From Haliotis cracherodii (taxonomy: Eukaryota): a DNA stretch of 64,000 nt. The notes under the pieces were generated by a model. It searched no databases, was not told the DNA's origin, and worked only from the letters and a program-made list of their open reading frames with translations. Position numbers and translations under genes: made by a program. Below, in pieces: positions 63,546 through 64,000 of the stretch. How positions within the stretch are numbered: the first letter of the stretch is position 1; each line of letters begins with the position of its first letter. Location: positions 18,662,001 through 18,726,000 of the forward strand of contig NW_027266268.1 in the NCBI RefSeq assembly GCF_022045235.1. The letters are read 5' to 3'.

Positions 63546-64000
63546 TATCGTGATGAAAATTGTGCACAGAAAATTAGATTCGACCCAAAAATTACAAACT
63601 TTATTAAAACGTACCAGGATGAAAACAGTCGCGGAAACACTGCAAACTTCAGGTTAATAACACAGTCTGAGGTATGATACTCGTCCCAAAAACATCACCT
63701 TCGAATGTCCATTTTCTTATATCTGTTGTGACACATTGCCTGTCAGCCATGCTATTATGTGCTTTTCATAACCATGTATATTAGTTAAAAGAACGAACTA
63801 TACAATACACACACACACACAGATGCAATTATATTGTCTCTCTCATGTAATGTATCTGCATATAGCTGCAATTCAAACATGATATGATAACAGTTAAATG
63901 AAAAGTTATGACGCACCAACTCCGGTGAGTGTACACTGAAACGTCTACATGCATTTTTGTCTACGATGGAAATCAAGCTCTCCAAATTCGATCAGCTATA

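Overview
Eukaryotic, AT-rich, intron-containing invertebrate DNA. The SINE repertoire looks molluscan, possibly abalone-like, but that is recognition from memory and unverified. The window is a cluster of secreted F-type lectin (fucolectin, FTL) genes that the ORF track shows only as fragments; I rebuilt them from splice sites and exon phases. (1) A ~5.2-kb tandem array on the minus strand has three complete 3-exon genes plus exon 1 of a fourth. Each complete gene encodes a signal peptide, one FTL domain with a 14-residue poly-tyrosine tract inserted in a normally 5-residue loop, and an acidic Pro/Gln tail. (2) A decayed FTL pseudogene (+). (3) A 6-exon FTL + C-type lectin chimera (+). (4) Three 5-exon two-domain FTL genes (one -, two +). 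All ten intact FTL domains keep NRGDCC-x-x-R but have Ser in place of the canonical fucose-binding His. The rest is at least four SINE-like families, decayed LINEs (APE-RT and R4/Dong-like), a Tc1 deletion derivative, MITEs, three tandem-repeat arrays and a 133-N assembly gap. The best candidate for an undescribed system is the amplified poly-tyrosine F-type lectin within this His-less lectin cluster.
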